DNA from: Gammaproteobacteria bacterium
GTDB taxonomy: Bacteria; Pseudomonadota; Gammaproteobacteria; DRLM01
Length of the DNA stretch: 64,000 nucleotides
Assembly (NCBI GenBank): GCA_023266095.1
Contig: JAHFRV010000009.1
Location: 471 to 64,470 of the forward strand
Direction of reading: 5' to 3'
A model generated the notes under the pieces. The model was not told the origin of the DNA, made no database searches, and worked only from the letters and a program-made list of their open reading frames with translations. This document shows positions 55,420-64,000 of this stretch, one piece after another. The position numbers were made by a program, and so were the translations under genes. Numbering within the stretch: the stretch's first letter is position 1; the number at the start of each line of letters is the position of its first letter.

Positions 55420-55617
55420 TTAAGCATACGGCAACATGCGCCGCACGCCGGCTACATCCGAAGAATGCACCATGGCGTTGGGACGTAATTGACGCTTACG
55501 TTTTGTGCTCTTCTTGGTCAAGATGTGATTCTTGTACCCTTGAGCGCGCTTGAACTTGCCAGAACCGGTTTTCGAAAACCGTTTGGCGGCACCCCTGTTG
55601 GTCTTTAATTTAGCCAT
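55420..55617 (-). CDS. rpmI: 50S ribosomal protein L35
   Basis: [45 protein letters not shown]. Confidence 0.95.
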   Translation of the reverse strand: MAKLKTNRGAAKRFSKTGSGKFKRAQGYKNHILTKKSTKRKRQLRPNAMVHSSDVAGVRRMLPYA

Positions 55618-55657
55618 TGATCCTCACTCCACTTCACACTTGCCGTCAGAAATGCAA

Positions 55658-56215
55658 TTACGCTTCGACGCCCTTACCCGGTATGGGCAAAACTTTTTTC
55701 GGTCCCAACACCATTACCATTAAACGACCTTCCATCTTCGGAAACTGTTCCACCACGCTGACCTCGGCCAAATCGGCCTCGACGCGCTTCAACAGTTTCA
55801 TTCCCAAATCCTGGTGCATCATCTCGCGGCCGCGAAACCGTAGAGTGATCTTGGCCTTGTCACCCTCCGCGAGAAACTCGATCAGTTTGCGCAGCTTCAC
55901 CTGGTAATCCGCCTCTTCCGTGGTGGGGCGGAACTTCAGTTCTTTAACTTGAATCTGCTTCTGTTTCTTCTTGGCGGCCTGGCGCTTCTTACTCTCTTCA
56001 AAGAGATATTTGCCGTAGTCCATGATCCGGCACACCGGCGGCGCCGCCTGCGGGGCCACTTCCACTAAATCGAGCTCCATCTCTTCCGCGAGTTTCAGCG
56101 CCTCTCGGGTGGGCAATACGCCCATCATTTCGCCTTTGGCGCCGATCAAGCGCACCTGCGGTACGTTGATCTCCTCGTTAATACGGGCTTCTTTCTTGTC
56201 TGCGGTGATAGTCAT
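55658..56215 (-). CDS. infC: Translation initiation factor IF-3
   Basis: ...[42 protein letters not shown]...[43 protein letters not shown]. The start codon overlaps the thrS stop (ATGA). Confidence 0.93.
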   Translation of the reverse strand: MTITADKKEARINEEINVPQVRLIGAKGEMMGVLPTREALKLAEEMELDLVEVAPQAAPPVCRIMDYGKYLFEESKKRQAAKKKQKQIQVKELKFRPTTEEADYQVKLRKLIEFLAEGDKAKITLRFRGREMMHQDLGMKLLKRVEADLAEVSVVEQFPKMEGRLMVMVLGPKKVLPIPGKGVEA

Positions 56216-58137
56216 TCCTCCAAAACAATACGGCCGCGGTTCGCGATACCGGCGGCAAGTTTATCCTGAAATACGGAAATAGCCATACTGCCCAGGTCTT
56301 TACCGCTACGCGTGCGCACGGCCACGGTCTCTTCGCTCATCTCCCGGTCGCCTACCACCAGGAGGTACGGCACACGCTGTAACGCGTGCTCGCGGATTTT
56401 AAAGCTAATCTTCTCGTTTCTCAAGTCCGATTTCACCCGGAAACCCTTTTCTTTCATGATCTTCTCAATCCGCAGGGCATAATCGGCCTGTCTGTCGGTG
56501 ATGGTGAGCACCATCGCCTGGGTCGGCGCCAGCCAGGGCGGGAAAAATCCGGCGTAGTGTTCAATAAGGATACCGAGGAACCGTTCCATGGAACCGAGGA
56601 TGGCCCGGTGCAACATCACCGGTACCTTTTTGGTATTGTCCTCAGCGACATACTCCGCGCCGAGTCGGTTCGGGGTATTGAAATCGACCTGGATGGTGCC
56701 GCACTGCCACACCCGTCCCAGACAATCTTTCAGAGAGAATTCGATTTTGGGACCGTAAAACGCGCCCTCCCCCGGCTGCAGATCCCAAGCCAGGCCTTTG
56801 GCATTGAGGGCGGTTTCCAGCGCATGCTCTGATTTATCCCAAATCTCGTCGGAACCCACCCGCTTCTCGGGCCGGGTGGAGAGCTTGATCACCACCTCGT
56901 CGAAACCGAAATCGGCATAGACCTGATAGAGCAGGTCGATGAAGGCCGCCACTTCGCTTTGGATTTGGTCCTCGGTGCAAAAAATATGGGCGTCGTCCTG
57001 AGTGAAACCGCGCACCCGCATTAAGCCATGCAGGGCGCCGCTGGGCTCGTTGCGATGACAGGAGCCGAACTCCGCCATGCGCAGCGGCAGGTCACGGTAA
57101 CTCTTCAAACCCTGATTGAATATCTGCACATGGCAGGGACAATTCATGGGTTTAATCGCGTAGTCGCGGTTCTCCGACTGGGTGGTGAACATCTCGTCGC
57201 CGAATTTTTCCCAGTGACCGGATTTCTCCCACAACACCCGGCCGACCACCTGCGGGGTGCGCACCTCTTCATAATCGTGGGCCTTGAGCGCGCCCCGGAC
57301 GTATTGCTCGACCTGCTGATAAATCGTCCAGCCCTTGTCGTGCCAGAACACCATGCCCGGCGCCTCTTCCTGGGTGTGAAATAGGTCGAGCTGTTTGGCG
57401 ATCTTGCGGTGGTCACGTTTCTCGGCTTCTTCCAGCCGGTGCAGGTAGACGTCCAGCGCCTTTTTATCGGTCCAGGCGGTGCCGTAAATCCGTTGCAGCA
57501 TCTCATTGCGGGAATCGCCGCGCCAATAGGCGCCGGCCACCTTCATCAATTTAAAGGCCTTGAGCTTGCCGGTGGACGGCACGTGCGGGCCGCGGCACAA
57601 ATCGATGAACTCGCCCTGCCGATACAGGGAAAGCGCCTCGTGGGCCGGGATGTCCTCGATGATGCGCGCCTTGTATTCCTCGCCCATCTCGCGAAAAAAA
57701 ATAATAGCGGCTTCGCGCGACATCAGCGTACGGGTGACCTGCAAATCGGCCGCCGCCAGCTCGTGCATCTTATTTTCGATGGCGGCCAGGTCTTCCGGCG
57801 TGAAGGGGCGTTTGAAGGCGAAGTCGTAATAAAAGCCGTCCTCGATCACCGGACCGATGGTCACCTGCGCCTCGGGGAACAGTTGCTTCACCGCCTGTGC
57901 CAGCAAATGGGCGCAGGAATGGCGGATCACTTCCAGCCCCTCGGCATCGCGCTCGGTGACGATGGCCAGGGCCGCGTCCTGTTCGATCAAATGCGAGGTA
58001 TCCACCAACTTGCCGTCCAGCTTGCCCGCCAAGGCGGCCTTGGCTAGGCCGGGGCCGATGGCGGCGGCGACCTCGTGGACGGTGACGGGGCGATCGAAAG
58101 GGCGTCGGCTTCCGTCGGGCAGGGTGATGGTCGGCAT
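56212..58137 (-). CDS. thrS: Threonine--tRNA ligase
   Basis: [46 protein letters not shown] (TGS domain), class II catalytic core, C-terminal anticodon-binding domain. The start is internal to ORF 56212..58191. Confidence 0.95.
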   Translation of the reverse strand: MPTITLPDGSRRPFDRPVTVHEVAAAIGPGLAKAALAGKLDGKLVDTSHLIEQDAALAIVTERDAEGLEVIRHSCAHLLAQAVKQLFPEAQVTIGPVIEDGFYYDFAFKRPFTPEDLAAIENKMHELAAADLQVTRTLMSREAAIIFFREMGEEYKARIIEDIPAHEALSLYRQGEFIDLCRGPHVPSTGKLKAFKLMKVAGAYWRGDSRNEMLQRIYGTAWTDKKALDVYLHRLEEAEKRDHRKIAKQLDLFHTQEEAPGMVFWHDKGWTIYQQVEQYVRGALKAHDYEEVRTPQVVGRVLWEKSGHWEKFGDEMFTTQSENRDYAIKPMNCPCHVQIFNQGLKSYRDLPLRMAEFGSCHRNEPSGALHGLMRVRGFTQDDAHIFCTEDQIQSEVAAFIDLLYQVYADFGFDEVVIKLSTRPEKRVGSDEIWDKSEHALETALNAKGLAWDLQPGEGAFYGPKIEFSLKDCLGRVWQCGTIQVDFNTPNRLGAEYVAEDNTKKVPVMLHRAILGSMERFLGILIEHYAGFFPPWLAPTQAMVLTITDRQADYALRIEKIMKEKGFRVKSDLRNEKISFKIREHALQRVPYLLVVGDREMSEETVAVRTRSGKDLGSMAISVFQDKLAAGIANRGRIVLEE

Positions 58138-58237
58138 GGTCTGTTCCGTGTGTCGCGGCTCAAGTGGGCGATCAGGCTGGCCATAATACAAAAGAGCACT
58201 GCGCGATAAGCGCGGTGCCCTGGATTCATCTAAAAAT

Positions 58238-58314
58238 TGGTAGGCGCGAGAAGACTCGAACTTCCGACCCCCACCATGTCAAGGTGGTGCTCTAACCAAC
58301 TGAGCTACGCGCCT
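58238..58314 (-). tRNA. tRNA-Val (GAC)
   Basis: rc: AGGCGCGTAGCTCAGTTGGTTAGAGCACCACCTTGACATGGTGGGGGTCGGAAGTTCGAGTCTTCTCGCGCCTACCA. Confidence 0.88.
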
Positions 58315-58446
58315 GCGAAGAGGGCGGAAAGATAGCACAAAGCGCCGCCGCGAAACAAGATTGCTTGATCGATTTTGCGGCCGGTTGCTTTGCTTCTCCC
58401 TTCGCTATCCATCAAATACGGCAGTGTAAGCCCATCCAGCGGTTAC

Positions 58447-58941
58447 TTAATGCTGGTGCCCACCGTCACCATGGGCATGGCCATGGGCAATCTCTTCAGC
58501 GGTGGCGTTACGCACATCGATTACTTCAATCTCGAAACTCAGCGTCCTACCCGCCAGAGGGTGGTTGGTATCCACGTCTATGTTCTTGAGGCCGGCCTTG
58601 ACTACCGTCACATCGCGCGGTCCCTGATTGGTATTGACCTGTACCGTCATGCCCGGCTTGTAGTTGATTTTTCTATTGGAGGGATTGGCCACGTGTTTGA
58701 TCGACACTCTTTGCACCGCATCCTCACGCCGCAAACCATAAGCTTTATCAGGCGGTAAAGTGACCGTGAACTTGTCGCCGGCCTGCTTGCCCGTCATGGC
58801 CTCGGTCAGCCCCACCAGCATGCCGTGCTGACCATGCAAATACACCAGCGGCTGACTCTCATACGAATCCTCAATAACAGCCTGACCCGGTTCGCTCAAA
58901 CGATAATGGAAGGTGACGACTTTATTCAATTCTACCAACAT
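58447..58941 (-). CDS. slyD: FKBP-type peptidyl-prolyl cis-trans isomerase SlyD
   Basis: MLVELNKVVTFHYRLSEPGQAVIEDSY...PLVYLHGQHGMLVGLTEAMTGKQAGDKFTVTLPPDKAYG, and a C-terminal His-rich metal-binding tail (AHGHAHGDGGHQH). Confidence 0.88.
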   Translation of the reverse strand: MLVELNKVVTFHYRLSEPGQAVIEDSYESQPLVYLHGQHGMLVGLTEAMTGKQAGDKFTVTLPPDKAYGLRREDAVQRVSIKHVANPSNRKINYKPGMTVQVNTNQGPRDVTVVKAGLKNIDVDTNHPLAGRTLSFEIEVIDVRNATAEEIAHGHAHGDGGHQH

Positions 58942-59115
58942 GATTCTCTCCGGTTATTATCAGGTCGCGCGCATCGCCATATTATTGATGTTTTCAGGAA
59001 TTGTGAACATCTAGACCAAGATGCGGCCCGCCGCATCATCGTTCGCCCGGTCGGCCCACCATGCAGATGTGGCGTCAGCGCTTGGTAGAAAAGCGCCCAT
59101 CCTTCACCTCGGCAT

Positions 59116-59595
59116 TCAATCCTGGCTCAGGCTCATCAAACGGGCACTCAATAAACGCGCCATGCCTTCCGCACCTTGGCGCATCACGTGATCATGGTTC
59201 CATTTGAACAGGGGCCGCGCGAAGGGCGCGATGATATTCATCCAACGACGATTGGTCCGTACCTGCCACTCATAGCGTACTACGGTGGCCGCTCCCTCAG
59301 CGGCGAAACGCCAGCGCCCCATTCCTTCCACTTCCCCGCTAGCCAGACCCTCGACCACCGTGAGTGGTATGACGTGGGTAACGCGCATATCGAAAGTGAG
59401 TCGATAAGGCAGCCGCCCTCGCCAGGTAAATCGGCGCACACTGCCCACGCCATTTTGGTCACCCGGCTCGAATTCCTCGACTTTTTCCACGCCTTGCCAC
59501 CACAGCGGCCAATCCCGGCAATGAGAGATGGCATCACACACCGCTTGTATCGGTGCCTCTATCCGCCACTCGGTGACAAACTGAAATTGCGCCAT
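59116..59595 (-). CDS. SRPBCC-family protein (polyketide cyclase/dehydrase-like fold)
   Basis: 159 aa; MAQFQFVTEWRIEAPIQAVCDAISHCRDWPLWWQGVEKVE is typical of SRPBCC/activator-of-Hsp90-ATPase-like small proteins. Confidence 0.55.
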   Translation of the reverse strand: MAQFQFVTEWRIEAPIQAVCDAISHCRDWPLWWQGVEKVEEFEPGDQNGVGSVRRFTWRGRLPYRLTFDMRVTHVIPLTVVEGLASGEVEGMGRWRFAAEGAATVVRYEWQVRTNRRWMNIIAPFARPLFKWNHDHVMRQGAEGMARLLSARLMSLSQD

Positions 59596-59601
59596 GACCG
59601 C

Positions 59602-60267
59602 CTACTGACTGAAAAAATCCTTGGGAAATCCAGGATGGATTTGCAGGCCGTCCATGTCAACGGTCTCAACCAGCCTGCCGCTCCTACCGAAGCTCAGCAC
59701 CTTTAGAGGAAAGCCAGTCGTTCGATCCAGCCATAACTGGTAACGGGAAACGGCGTCGATCGAGACATCGTCACCGACACTGACTCGCACATGCAGCGCT
59801 TGCTGCCCGCCTACCACCTCCACGCCCATCAGCTCGGTTTTGCCTCGCGTCCGCAGCTTTTGCACATTCTGAAATAAAGCTCCCACATCCGAGCGGTCCA
59901 CCCGCTGGCCGGTGGGGCTTTGAATCAACTTGTTTTCGGGGCTCAGGTTCAAGGCTGGAAAACTGCGGTGACCAAATGGCCAAAGCGTCACTCGCCGGGT
60001 CAGCGGATCGTATACCAGCACGGCGCCTTTATACGACGTCTCAAATTCCATGCGTACATAACCGGGCTTTTTGAAATAATAACGAATGATCTCGCTTTTA
60101 CCCGTGCTCAGCGATGTCAATCTCACGCCATAACTCTCGACTGTCTGATAAAAATCGATGGCGGCCCTAAGCGGATCGGCGGTATCGGCGGTATCGGCGG
60201 TATCGGCGGTATCGGCGGTATCGGCGGTATCGGCGGTATCGGCGGTATCGGCGCCAAGATGAATCAT
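59602..60267 (-). CDS. LolA-like/lipoprotein-carrier-fold protein with N-terminal (Ala-Asp-Thr)x9 repeat
   Basis: MIHLG(ADT)9ADPL... then ~180 aa beta-rich domain (YYFKKPGYVRMEFE...VLVYDPLTRRVTLWPFG...). No signal peptide is seen. The repeat is encoded by (GATACCGCC)n. In-frame stops lie immediately upstream of the ATG. Confidence 0.5.
   Translation of the reverse strand: MIHLGADTADTADTADTADTADTADTADTADPLRAAIDFYQTVESYGVRLTSLSTGKSEIIRYYFKKPGYVRMEFETSYKGAVLVYDPLTRRVTLWPFGHRSFPALNLSPENKLIQSPTGQRVDRSDVGALFQNVQKLRTRGKTELMGVEVVGGQQALHVRVSVGDDVSIDAVSRYQLWLDRTTGFPLKVLSFGRSGRLVETVDMDGLQIHPGFPKDFFSQ
60160..60252. repeat. Perfect 9-bp tandem repeat (ggcggtatc)x9 plus partial units, in-frame within a coding region
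   Basis: Nine exact head-to-tail copies at 60168-60248 with partial copies at each end. The unit length is a multiple of 3, so it encodes (ADT)n on the minus strand. Confidence 0.9.
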
Positions 60268-60389
60268 AGTGCTGGGCTCCGCTCATGATTAGCCGGACAT
60301 GCTCACGACGGCGCGCGCAAAAGGCAACGCGCTGTAGTCTATAGTCTTACCTCGTCAGCCGCTCTCCACCGTCTCAAGGTGCTCGTTGT

Positions 60390-60821
60390 TTATTTCGAAA
60401 GCCCAAACCAGGATTTGAATAGTTTGATGCGTTCGATCTTCTTTATGTCAGGTAATACGGTATAAAACGGCGAAAAACGGATAGAGACGGTTTTTCCATC
60501 ACCCCACGGCCACCAAGAGCAATAGATCAAATCATGGTGACTGGGATCGGAAGTGAAAAGCACCTGCCCCGCCCTCAGACCGCCGAAATGTTTATGGATA
60601 AATTGCACAATCTCAGGCGCGCCGCTGATATTGGCGACATCCCACCTACTGGCAAGATGGCGTTGAATCACCGCACGCACCTTGTCCTGCTCAGTCGTTC
60701 TAAACTCGCTCAACAGACATGCGAAACGATCGTCCCATTTCCATATCCCACCTTTCAGCGTGCCTACCAATTCTCTGCAAAAATTCTCTTCCGAATCAAG
60801 AAGCGGCCCCATCATCGTCAC
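60390..60821 (-). CDS. Hypothetical protein (no recognised domain)
   Basis: 143-aa ORF in a locally lower-GC stretch (60.3-61.05 kb) with W-rich motifs (CSWWPWGDGK). No similarity recognised. Confidence 0.4.
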   Translation of the reverse strand: MTMMGPLLDSEENFCRELVGTLKGGIWKWDDRFACLLSEFRTTEQDKVRAVIQRHLASRWDVANISGAPEIVQFIHKHFGGLRAGQVLFTSDPSHHDLIYCSWWPWGDGKTVSIRFSPFYTVLPDIKKIERIKLFKSWFGLSK

Positions 60822-60907
60822 CTAATTATTCCGGGTTAAACCCGGTGTAATTCCACAGCAAAGGAAGCTCTGAATAATTCCATCCTGGAATTCTCAAAGC
60901 AAGCAAA

Positions 60908-61030
60908 GCGAAAAATGCGATTTTCGCTTTGCTTCATTTTCAATGGCCGGCCGCCATTGAAAATGGCGACAAGACCCTGTGCTTCGCTCTTCCCTGTGCC
61001 GCAGGAACCGCTGAATAAATCAGAGGCTCC
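60908..61030. repeat. Structured intergenic repeat, copy 1 (two palindromic hairpins plus conserved ~40-nt core)
   Basis: Hairpins gcgaaaa-atgcgat-tttcgc (60908-27) and cattttcaatggc-cggccg-ccattgaaaatg (13-bp stem, 60935-65). The core is ccctgtgccgcaggaaccgctgaataaatcagaggctcc (60992-61030). It lies immediately 3' of the minus-strand DUF2132 gene. Confidence 0.6.
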
Positions 61031-61053
61031 CAATATCAATCGGGCCTGATTCT

Positions 61054-61362
61054 TTAATCAATCCGGTCAGTCGGCGGCGGCGAACGGGTATTTATATATA
61101 AACGTTCGACCTTCTCTCGCGCCCAGGGTGTGCTTCTCAAAAACTTCAGGCTGGATTTGATGCTCGGTTGGTGTGTGAAACACTTGATGGGAATGAGGCT
61201 TGCCAATTTTTCCCAACCATATTGTTCCGCCAGCCGGGTAACCGCCGTTTCCAGCGTAACCCCGTGCAGCGGATCCTTGGACGGCGGTTCATTCATATCG
61301 TGGCCTGATTCACTCATGGTTCGGATAGACGCGACGCTTAGCGATTGCCGCTCGTCACTCAT
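61054..61362 (-). CDS. DUF2132 (VF530-family) small DNA-binding-like protein
   Basis: ...HGVTLETAVTRLAEQYGWEKLASLIPIKCFTHQPSIKSSLKFLRSTPWAREKVERLY resembles the VF530/DUF2132 signature. Overlaps the upstream RRM gene by 8 nt, so likely an operon. Confidence 0.5.
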   Translation of the reverse strand: MSDERQSLSVASIRTMSESGHDMNEPPSKDPLHGVTLETAVTRLAEQYGWEKLASLIPIKCFTHQPSIKSSLKFLRSTPWAREKVERLYINTRSPPPTDRID

Positions 61363-61612
61363 CCTGGTCCTTGCCCGGCTCCGCTTTCTTCACGCGGATT
61401 TTATTGCCGCCCACATCCCGGCCATTGAGTTGTTTGATCGCCGCTTTGGCTTCACCGGCCCGGGGCATTTCGGCGAAACCGAATCCTTTGGATTTTCCTG
61501 TCTCGCGATCCACCACCAACTTGCAATACTGCACCGCGCCATAGGCCTGCAACATCTCCAGCACTTCACTCTCGGTGGTTTCCCGAGCCAGATTGCGCAC
61601 CAATATTTTCAT
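61355..61612 (-). CDS. RNA-binding protein with RRM domain
   Basis: MKILVRNLARETTESEVLEMLQAYGAVQYCKLVVDRETGKSKGFGFAEMPRAGEAKAAIKQLNGRDVGGNKIRV contains RNP-2 (ILVRNL) and RNP-1 (KGFGFAEM) motifs. Confidence 0.85.
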   Translation of the reverse strand: MKILVRNLARETTESEVLEMLQAYGAVQYCKLVVDRETGKSKGFGFAEMPRAGEAKAAIKQLNGRDVGGNKIRVKKAEPGKDQDE

Positions 61613-61803
61613 ACTTACACCTATTGTTCCGACTGCACCTGGACCGCCGCGACTTGCAGCGGAAATTTAAGATCCACTAGCCAGCCATCGGCGAAGGAAC
61701 AGTTACGCTTACTTTTCCAAACCAGACACGCCGCCGCCCCAACCGTACCGCGCTAAGGCCAGCTTCCGCAACAAGGCAGTCATTGTGACAAGAAGCCGGC
61801 TAT

Positions 61804-61822
61804 TAAGGAACCTCTGATTTAG
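61804..61822. repeat. Partial third copy of the intergenic repeat core
   Basis: ggaacctctga(tttag) matches 11 contiguous nt of the core ggaacctctgaataaatcag. It lies 3' of the minus-strand Mo-enzyme gene (stop 61895). Confidence 0.35.
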
Positions 61823-61894
61823 CGGCAGCGCCCGCGCGCCAGCGGTATAGAGCCTGCCCAAACGAGGAAAGTAAGCAAGCTTAACTATAGGCCA

Positions 61895-62656
61895 TCAAAG
61901 TCCGGCAAACCAATTATAGCCTTTGTCTTCCCAGTAGCCGCCCGGATACCTATTGGTGACGTAAATCGCCATGATGTGCTTGGGATTCTTGAAACCCAGC
62001 TTGGTCGGTATACGCAGTTTCATCGGAAAACCATACGAACGCGGCAGTATCTGGTCATCATAGCGCAGCGTCATTTGGGTCTGGGGATGCAACGCGGTGG
62101 CCATGTCGATACTGGTGTAGTAATCGTCCGCGCATTTAAAGCCGACATATTTTGCGCTCAAATCGGCGCCGACCCGTTCGAGAAAGGTCCGGAATGTGAC
62201 GCCGCTCCATTTGCCGATGGCACTCCAGCCTTCGACGCAAACGTGACGGGTGACTTGCGTGGTCTGCGGCAAAGCATTCAGCTCCCGCAGCGACCACGGC
62301 CGGCGGTCGCGAATCAAACCGCTGAGTTCGAGGCGGTAGGGTTCGGCCTCAACTACCGGCGCCTCGTCTTCATCGTAAAAAGCATTAAACGGAAACGGCC
62401 GGGTAATCGCGCTATCCGGATAGGTGGGCGCCAGTCGGTTCGGATCGAACAAAGCCGCCTGAACCCGATCGTTCCAGCGCGACATGCTCCACAGCGTCTT
62501 GCGCACCGTTTCTTGATTGGTGATATTGCAACCGGTAAGCAGACCGAGCGCGCCCACGCTCAGCGCTCCCTTCAGCAGTAGACGGCGTTCGAGAAATTGG
62601 CGCTCAGCCTTGCTGCACTCCACGGGGGCGGATTCGATGCCAGGCCGGCGTTTCAT
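61895..62656 (-). CDS. Sulfite-oxidase-family molybdopterin-binding oxidoreductase, Tat-secreted (YedY/MsrP-like small Mo enzyme)
   Basis: Twin-arginine signal ERRLLLKGALSVGALGLLTG. Moco-binding region HVCVEGWSAIGKWSGV typical of the sulfite oxidase fold. ~250 aa. The start is internal to ORF 61895..62725. Confidence 0.7.
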   Translation of the reverse strand: MKRRPGIESAPVECSKAERQFLERRLLLKGALSVGALGLLTGCNITNQETVRKTLWSMSRWNDRVQAALFDPNRLAPTYPDSAITRPFPFNAFYDEDEAPVVEAEPYRLELSGLIRDRRPWSLRELNALPQTTQVTRHVCVEGWSAIGKWSGVTFRTFLERVGADLSAKYVGFKCADDYYTSIDMATALHPQTQMTLRYDDQILPRSYGFPMKLRIPTKLGFKNPKHIMAIYVTNRYPGGYWEDKGYNWFAGL

Positions 62657-62658
62657 GA

Positions 62659-63366
62659 TCAGCTCCTCTTGCCGGGTTGCCGGACGCGGCCGGTCCACAT
62701 CGGAATAAATGTCCGCGGCACCCACATCACCATCACCACATGAATCACCACGAACGACACGATGCCCGTCATGGTAAAGAAATGCACCAGCCGCGCCCCT
62801 TCATAACCGCCCAGCAAGACACCCAGACTCTGTAATTGAACCGGCTTCCACATCACCAAACCCGACAGCACCACGAGGATGATCATCACGATGACGCTGA
62901 GATACGCCGTGCGTTGTACTGGATTATAGGTGCCGACCGCGTGACTCAACCGGCCAGAGGTAGTATTGGCGATTTCCCGCAACAGAGACTTCACGGTGAT
63001 GGGCAACAAATGCTGGCGGTAATGACCCGAAAAAATGCCATGCGCCAAATAAACCAGGCCATTGACGGCCAGCAGCCACATCGCGGCGAAATGCCACTGC
63101 AAGGCCCCCGCCAACCAGCCGCCCAAGGTCAGGTCATTCGGAAACGTGAAATTGAACAGCGGTGAGGCATTGTAGATCCGCCAGCCGCTGGCCACCATGA
63201 TCAGTATCGCCGCGACATTGACCCAATGGGTGATCCGTACCGTCAACGGATGCACGTTTATCAGTGTTGTATTTTCAGAAGACGGGGGTACAGGTAACGA
63301 ACCTGACATCATCGGTTCCTTCTGGCCTAAGCACGCCGCATTGCGTGTTGTTATGAGGAATGTCAA
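62659..63366 (-). CDS. Membrane b-type cytochrome subunit (cytochrome b561-like), partner of the Mo enzyme
   Basis: Polytopic (4-5 TM) with conserved His in TM helices (VRITHWVNVAAILIM, WHFAAMWLL, HFFTMTGIVSFVVIHVVM). Its stop lies 3 nt upstream of the Mo-enzyme start. The exact start (63366 or internal MMSGS) is uncertain. Confidence 0.6.
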   Translation of the reverse strand: MTFLITTRNAACLGQKEPMMSGSLPVPPSSENTTLINVHPLTVRITHWVNVAAILIMVASGWRIYNASPLFNFTFPNDLTLGGWLAGALQWHFAAMWLLAVNGLVYLAHGIFSGHYRQHLLPITVKSLLREIANTTSGRLSHAVGTYNPVQRTAYLSVIVMIILVVLSGLVMWKPVQLQSLGVLLGGYEGARLVHFFTMTGIVSFVVIHVVMVMWVPRTFIPMWTGRVRQPGKRS

Positions 63367-63533
63367 ACGGCGGGAATTTCGCGCCCTAACCGAACACCCT
63401 ACTATTTATTTCCCGCTAAAATCATGTCGCCATGCGGCCAAAATTTGCTCGCATCACCAACATCGATTAGTCGGTGGCCATGAGTTTACCTTACACCCAC
63501 TTGAACTTTGTTGAGTGCGTGGGCAAGAAAACT

Positions 63534-63593
63534 GATGCGATTCGCTTCACTCGCCCCTGTGCCGCAGGAACCTCTGAATAAATCAGGGGCTCC
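63534..63593. repeat. Structured intergenic repeat, copy 2
   Basis: gatgcgattcgcttcactcg-cccctgtgccgcaggaacctctgaataaatcaggggctcc has 39/41 identity with the copy-1 core. It abuts the dbpA stop codon (63593-95). Confidence 0.6.
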
Positions 63594-64000
63594 TAAAGTT
63601 TTCTCGCCCTGAAATAGCGGCCTTTCATCTTGCCGGCCGAGAGTTGCTGCAGGGCGCGCTCCACCATGGAACGTTCGATCGCCACATAGGCGTGATTATC
63701 GAAGATGTCGATTTTACCGACCTGGCTGCCGGCGATACCCGACTCGCCGGTCAAGGCGCCGAGGATGTCACCGGGACGCAGCTTGGTCTTGCGACCGCCG
63801 TCGATGCACAAGGTGACCATGGGCGGTTTGAGTGGGCGTTGATTGCCCTGCTCCGGCAAGTCGACACTGGAGGACTGCTTGACGGGACTCTTTTGATAAT
63901 CCTCGATGGCAATGACCTTGTGCGACTCGCCAGCGGTGTAGAGGCTTAAAGCAAGCCCCGCTTTGCCCGCGCGTCCGGTGCGGCCGATACGATGGATATG
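63593..64000 (-). CDS. dbpA: ATP-dependent DEAD-box RNA helicase DbpA, C-terminal part; the gene continues past the window end
   Basis: Continuous minus-strand frame from the window edge: HIHRIGRTGRAGKAGLALSLY... (helicase motif VI), then the DbpA-type C-terminal RNA-binding domain (MVTLCIDGGRKTKLRPGDILGALTGESGIAGSQVGKIDIFDNHAYVAIERS). Confidence 0.8.
   Translation of the reverse strand, partial: HIHRIGRTGRAGKAGLALSLYTAGESHKVIAIEDYQKSPVKQSSSVDLPEQGNQRPLKPPMVTLCIDGGRKTKLRPGDILGALTGESGIAGSQVGKIDIFDNHAYVAIERSMVERALQQLSAGKMKGRYFRARKL

Noticed and set aside
60160-60252. The tandem (ggcggtatc)n repeat, considered as a CRISPR array.
   Set aside because: Units are 9 nt with no intervening unique spacers; this is a coding microsatellite, not CRISPR. 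No cas genes are in the window.

Overview
This is a 64-kb, high-GC chromosomal window, mostly minus-strand housekeeping operons of a gammaproteobacterium-like genome (inferred from gene order). Gene order: zipA (partial)–smc; queF; a glycerol/glycerophosphodiester-type catabolic cluster (FGGY kinase, GDPD, FAD G3P-dehydrogenase-like, fused class-II aldolase/SDR); DUF488; ettA; pcm; a yejABEF-like peptide ABC importer with an extra dual-NBD ATPase; fabI; a DAACS symporter; ppiD–tRNAs–hupB–lon–clpX–clpP–tig–tRNA-Leu; a GGDEF protein; a tRNA Lys-His-Arg-Pro cluster; an MFS transporter; aroC; lhr; tRNA-Pro; merR–ihfA–pheT–pheS–rplT–rpmI–infC–thrS; tRNA-Val; slyD; and a small accessory-like stretch (SRPBCC, (ADT)9-repeat LolA-like protein, hypothetical, DUF2132–RRM operon, Tat Mo-enzyme plus b-type cytochrome) ending in a partial dbpA. 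The most unusual region is 40.4–44.9 kb: two paralogous ~355-aa secreted proteins of unrecognised family, followed by a 688-aa Pmp-repeat beta-helix protein. That protein ends in a PEP-CTERM/GlyGly-CTERM-like sorting tail (GGGGGALEPW-TM-RLRKQR); its cognate sortase is not in the window. Other points: two degenerate IS remnants flank ettA–pcm, a ~45-nt element recurs at three gene 3' ends, a (GATACCGCC)9 in-frame coding repeat is present, and several rho-independent terminators and a pheS–pheT spacer hairpin are visible. No CRISPR array, intact IS or prophage was seen.
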